This document shows positions 43,611-46,239 of a stretch of DNA of 46,239 nt, piece after piece. Numbering within the stretch: the stretch's first letter is position 1; the number at the start of each line of letters is the position of its first letter. The stretch spans positions 1-46,239 of the forward strand of contig JBEPVS010000001.1 of assembly GCA_041690875.1 (NCBI GenBank), read 5' to 3'. The stretch is from Gammaproteobacteria bacterium (GTDB taxonomy: Bacteria; Pseudomonadota; Gammaproteobacteria; Steroidobacterales; Steroidobacteraceae). The position numbers and the translations under genes were made by a program. The notes below the pieces were generated by a model. The model did no database searches. It was not told the DNA's origin and saw only the letters and a list, made by a program, of their open reading frames with translations.

Positions 43611-44636
43611 ATGGCGAAGGCTAAATCTTCGGCGAAGACCAAGGCCAATCCGAACAAGCGCGGCAAGAAATCGAATTCGCGACGCCGCCTGAAGCCGGCC
43701 GCGCGCACCCGCGGCCTGGCCGGTACCGAAATCGCGCTGCCACTTGAGCACGCGGACCTCACCGGGCTGGTGCAGCTCGTCGAGTCCGCCGGTGGCGCCG
43801 TAATCGGCGGCTATCGCGATCCACTCGGCGGCCGCGCCCTGCTACTGGCGACAGTGCCGCTCGCCGCCGTGCAACCGACGCCCTTTCAGCGCGATCTCTC
43901 GCCGACTCATACCAAACGCCTCGCCGAGAAAATTGATCAAGCTGGCGCGTTTCTCGACCCGCTGATCGTCGTGCGCGGCCAGGAAGGATCGCTGTGGACG
44001 CCGAATGGACGTCATCGCCTCGCGTCGGCCAAGGTGCTGGGCCTGCAGCAGATCACCGCGCTGATCTGTCCGGACGAGACGCTCGCATTCCGCATCCTCG
44101 CGCTCAATACCGAGAAGGCGCACAACCTGAAGGACCGCAGCCTGGAGGTGATCCGCATGGCGCGCAATCTCGGGAAGCGCGACCGCAGCGCCCGCGAGAC
44201 GCAATACACCGATCAGTTTGAAGCGGCCGAATTGCTGACACTCGGCATCCTGTACGAGAAAAATCCGCGTTTCGCCGGTGGCGCCTACAGCTCGTTGCTC
44301 CGCAAGGTCGACCGCTTCAGCGATCGCACGCTGGCCGCGTCGCTGCGCGAGCGCGAAGGCTACGCGGCGCGCCTCGCCGCCATCGACATCGAGGTGAAGC
44401 GCATCATCGCCGCGCTGACGGCGCGTGGCTTCAAGTCACCGTACCTGCGCAACTACGTCGTCGCGCGCATCAACCCGGTGCGTTTCATCAAGCAGGCCCA
44501 CGGCGTCACCAAGCCGGCCATGCCGATCGGCCAGGCGCTGACGCGCATGATCGCCGCCGCGAAGGGATTCAAGCTCGAGTCGGTGTCGAACGCCGACCTG
44601 GCGTGGGTGGCGGTAGGAGCAGGGGCGCAGGAATAG
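43611..44636 (+). CDS. ParB/Srx-like N-terminal domain protein with lysine/arginine-rich N-terminal tail
   Basis: ATG 43611 with GGAGA at 43602-43606. The tail is MAKAKSSAKTKANPNKRGKKSNSRRRLKPAARTRG. ParB-like core: VQPTPFQRDLSPTHTKRLAEKI...LDPLIVV...LWTPNGRHRLASAKVLG. Confidence 0.65.
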   Translation: MAKAKSSAKTKANPNKRGKKSNSRRRLKPAARTRGLAGTEIALPLEHADLTGLVQLVESAGGAVIGGYRDPLGGRALLLATVPLAAVQPTPFQRDLSPTHTKRLAEKIDQAGAFLDPLIVVRGQEGSLWTPNGRHRLASAKVLGLQQITALICPDETLAFRILALNTEKAHNLKDRSLEVIRMARNLGKRDRSARETQYTDQFEAAELLTLGILYEKNPRFAGGAYSSLLRKVDRFSDRTLAASLREREGYAARLAAIDIEVKRIIAALTARGFKSPYLRNYVVARINPVRFIKQAHGVTKPAMPIGQALTRMIAAAKGFKLESVSNADLAWVAVGAGAQE

Positions 44637-44648
44637 CGCGCGGCGCTA
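44634..44648. other. Palindrome TAGCGC-GCG-GCGCTA formed by the two convergent stop codons
   Basis: Read directly. TAG 44634-44636 is the plus-gene stop and CTA 44646-44648 is the minus-gene stop. 6-bp arms with a 3-nt loop. Confidence 0.5.
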
Positions 44649-45851
44649 GCGATAGAGCACGGCGTCGGCGTGCGCATTGAGCCACGAGCGCTCATCGGGC
44701 GACGCCATGACGTCGAGGTCTGCGGCGCTGGCGCGCGGATCTTCGATCCACTGGCGCAGCCGCGGCCCGCCATTGATCACATCGATCGCAATGCGATCGC
44801 GCTCATACTCATAGGGAAAGTCGCGCCACAATGCTCGCTCCCGATGGAGCGCGCGTTGCGCCTTGAAAATAGCCGCCATCAATCGCCACGGGCGAAATTC
44901 TCCGTGACGGTAGGCGGCATCATCGACATGGAACTGGATGCCGTCGCACAGCGCTCCGACATGCTTGTGGAAGGTCGGCTCGAACCAGCACACTCGCGGC
45001 GTGCAGCCAATGAGCCAATGCGGTGAAAACGTATCGACCCACTTGAGTGTCGCGAGCGCATCGAACTGCGGGGCACCGACCAGTTCGAGCGGGCGCGTCG
45101 TGCCACGCCCTTCGGAGAGCGTCGTGCCTTCGATCATCACGGTACCCGCGTAGCAGCGCACCATCGAGAGATTTGGCGCATTGGGGCTCGGATTGACCCA
45201 GCTGCGTTCGTGCAGCGGCCAGCCGTAACCCGGCGCGGCGGCCGGATTCCAGCCCTGCATCTCGATCACCGTGAGTTCGACAGCGAGCTTCAGCGTCGCG
45301 ACGAACCAACGAGCCAGCTCGCCGATCGTCAACCCATGGCGCATCGGCATCGCGCCGGCGCCGACAAAACTCTCCCAACCCGCATCCAGCAGCATTCCTT
45401 CGACCGGACGCCCGGCCGGATTCGGGCGATCGAGCACCCACACTGATTTGTGTTGCTGCGCGCAGGCCTCGAGCAGGTAGCGGAGCGTCGTGATGAATGT
45501 ATAGACGCGGCAGCCGATGTCCTGCAGGTCGATGAGCAGCACATCGAAGCTTTGCATCATCGCGTCGGTCGGGCAACGCACGGTGCCGTAGAGACTGTAG
45601 ACGGGTACGCCGAGCTGCGGATCAAGGAAGTCGGGCGACTCGATCATGTTGTCCTGCTTGTCGCCGCGCAGGCCGTGTTGCGGTCCGAAGGCCGCTATGA
45701 GCCGAAGTTCCGGAATCGCGGCGAGTGCATCCAGGGAGTGGCGCAGGTCGGCCGTGACCGAGGCAGGGTGCGCGACGAGCGCGAGCCGCTTGCCCTCGAG
45801 TGGCCGGCGCAACGCGCGATCCTCGATCAACCTGTCGATGCCGAATTTCAT
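44646..45851 (-). CDS. DUF1343 family exo-beta-N-acetylmuramidase (NamZ/YbbC-like)
   Basis: 401 aa. G.DRL......L.GKRLALV.HP.SV and FGPQHGLRGD motifs are characteristic of DUF1343. Confidence 0.85.
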   Translation of the reverse strand: MKFGIDRLIEDRALRRPLEGKRLALVAHPASVTADLRHSLDALAAIPELRLIAAFGPQHGLRGDKQDNMIESPDFLDPQLGVPVYSLYGTVRCPTDAMMQSFDVLLIDLQDIGCRVYTFITTLRYLLEACAQQHKSVWVLDRPNPAGRPVEGMLLDAGWESFVGAGAMPMRHGLTIGELARWFVATLKLAVELTVIEMQGWNPAAAPGYGWPLHERSWVNPSPNAPNLSMVRCYAGTVMIEGTTLSEGRGTTRPLELVGAPQFDALATLKWVDTFSPHWLIGCTPRVCWFEPTFHKHVGALCDGIQFHVDDAAYRHGEFRPWRLMAAIFKAQRALHRERALWRDFPYEYERDRIAIDVINGGPRLRQWIEDPRASAADLDVMASPDERSWLNAHADAVLYR

Positions 45852-46239
45852 GTCAGCGTGACCGCAAATGCGTTTGCCGCGTGGAAGTCAGGCTTCGCGC
45901 CGCCATGGCGCAGCGCCCAGTAACTGAGCTCGCCATCGTCCGCTTCGATGACGGCCGCAAGACCGAGCCGCCAGCCGGATGCATCGGCGGCTCGCGGCGC
46001 CGACGCCGGCAACCGCGCACAGGCCTGGATGCGCAGCTGTCCGGGCCCCAGCGGGTGCAGCGTGATGCCGACGGAATGCTGTTCGAATTGGCACTGCCCG
46101 TTCCGGTAGGCGTCGAAGCGGTACGCCGCCCAATCACCGGATGGCGAAAAATTGAACTCAACGTAATCGTCCGCTCCGTCGCGCTGCGCGAACAGTTCGA
46201 AGCAGGTATGGCGCCACAATTCGTCGCGCCGCTGTGGAC
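45848..46239 (-). CDS. Hypothetical protein (possible DOMON/CBM9-like fold), 5' end outside window
   Basis: The frame stays open to the window edge (PQRRDELWRHTCFELF...). The stop overlaps the NamZ start by 4 nt. CFELF....YVEFNFSPSGDWAAYRF resembles DOMON-like proteins. The functional call is weak. Confidence 0.45.
   Translation of the reverse strand, partial: PQRRDELWRHTCFELFAQRDGADDYVEFNFSPSGDWAAYRFDAYRNGQCQFEQHSVGITLHPLGPGQLRIQACARLPASAPRAADASGWRLGLAAVIEADDGELSYWALRHGGAKPDFHAANAFAVTLT

Noticed and set aside
43611-44636. ParB-like gene as evidence for a plasmid/prophage partition locus or genomic island
   Set aside because: No ParA, integrase, transposase, tRNA or direct-repeat boundary is visible. 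The flanking genes (LPS GT2, NamZ) and the base composition look chromosomal and native.

Overview
GC-rich, very gene-dense proteobacterial chromosomal segment with about 46 protein-coding genes. I see no rRNA, tRNA, CRISPR array, transposase or integrase. Most of it is core metabolism and envelope biogenesis: TamB/TamA, NudC, glutamate synthase gltBD, the sulfate-assimilation operon cysH-cysD-cysNC-cysQ, a glycerophosphodiester/glycerol-3-phosphate operon, an M16 peptidase pair, a bactofilin and a SPOR lipoprotein. Many long alternative-frame ORFs in the supplied track are GC artefacts. Three parts deserve attention. (1) A divergent FlhC-like / FlhD-like regulator pair has no flagellar context. 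It shares a 121-bp control region containing an AT-rich perfect palindrome and sits directly upstream of a translationally coupled CsgG-like(SH3)-ABC-2 exporter operon. (2) A near-consensus Pho box precedes a PAP2 phosphatase - GT4 glycosyltransferase - membrane-anchored response regulator - alpha/beta hydrolase operon. That operon converges on a GDPD-glpD-FGGY kinase operon, and together they resemble a non-canonical phosphate-stress lipid-renovation locus. (3) Two independent tandem duplications (17-bp and 14-bp units) of stop/start overlap junctions create chains of mini-ORFs that preserve stop-start coupling. Smaller items are an orphan CheD-like protein, a lone ParB/Srx-like protein with a lysine-rich tail, and a structured gltB control region. 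All functional calls come from by-eye motif recognition; no database search was possible.
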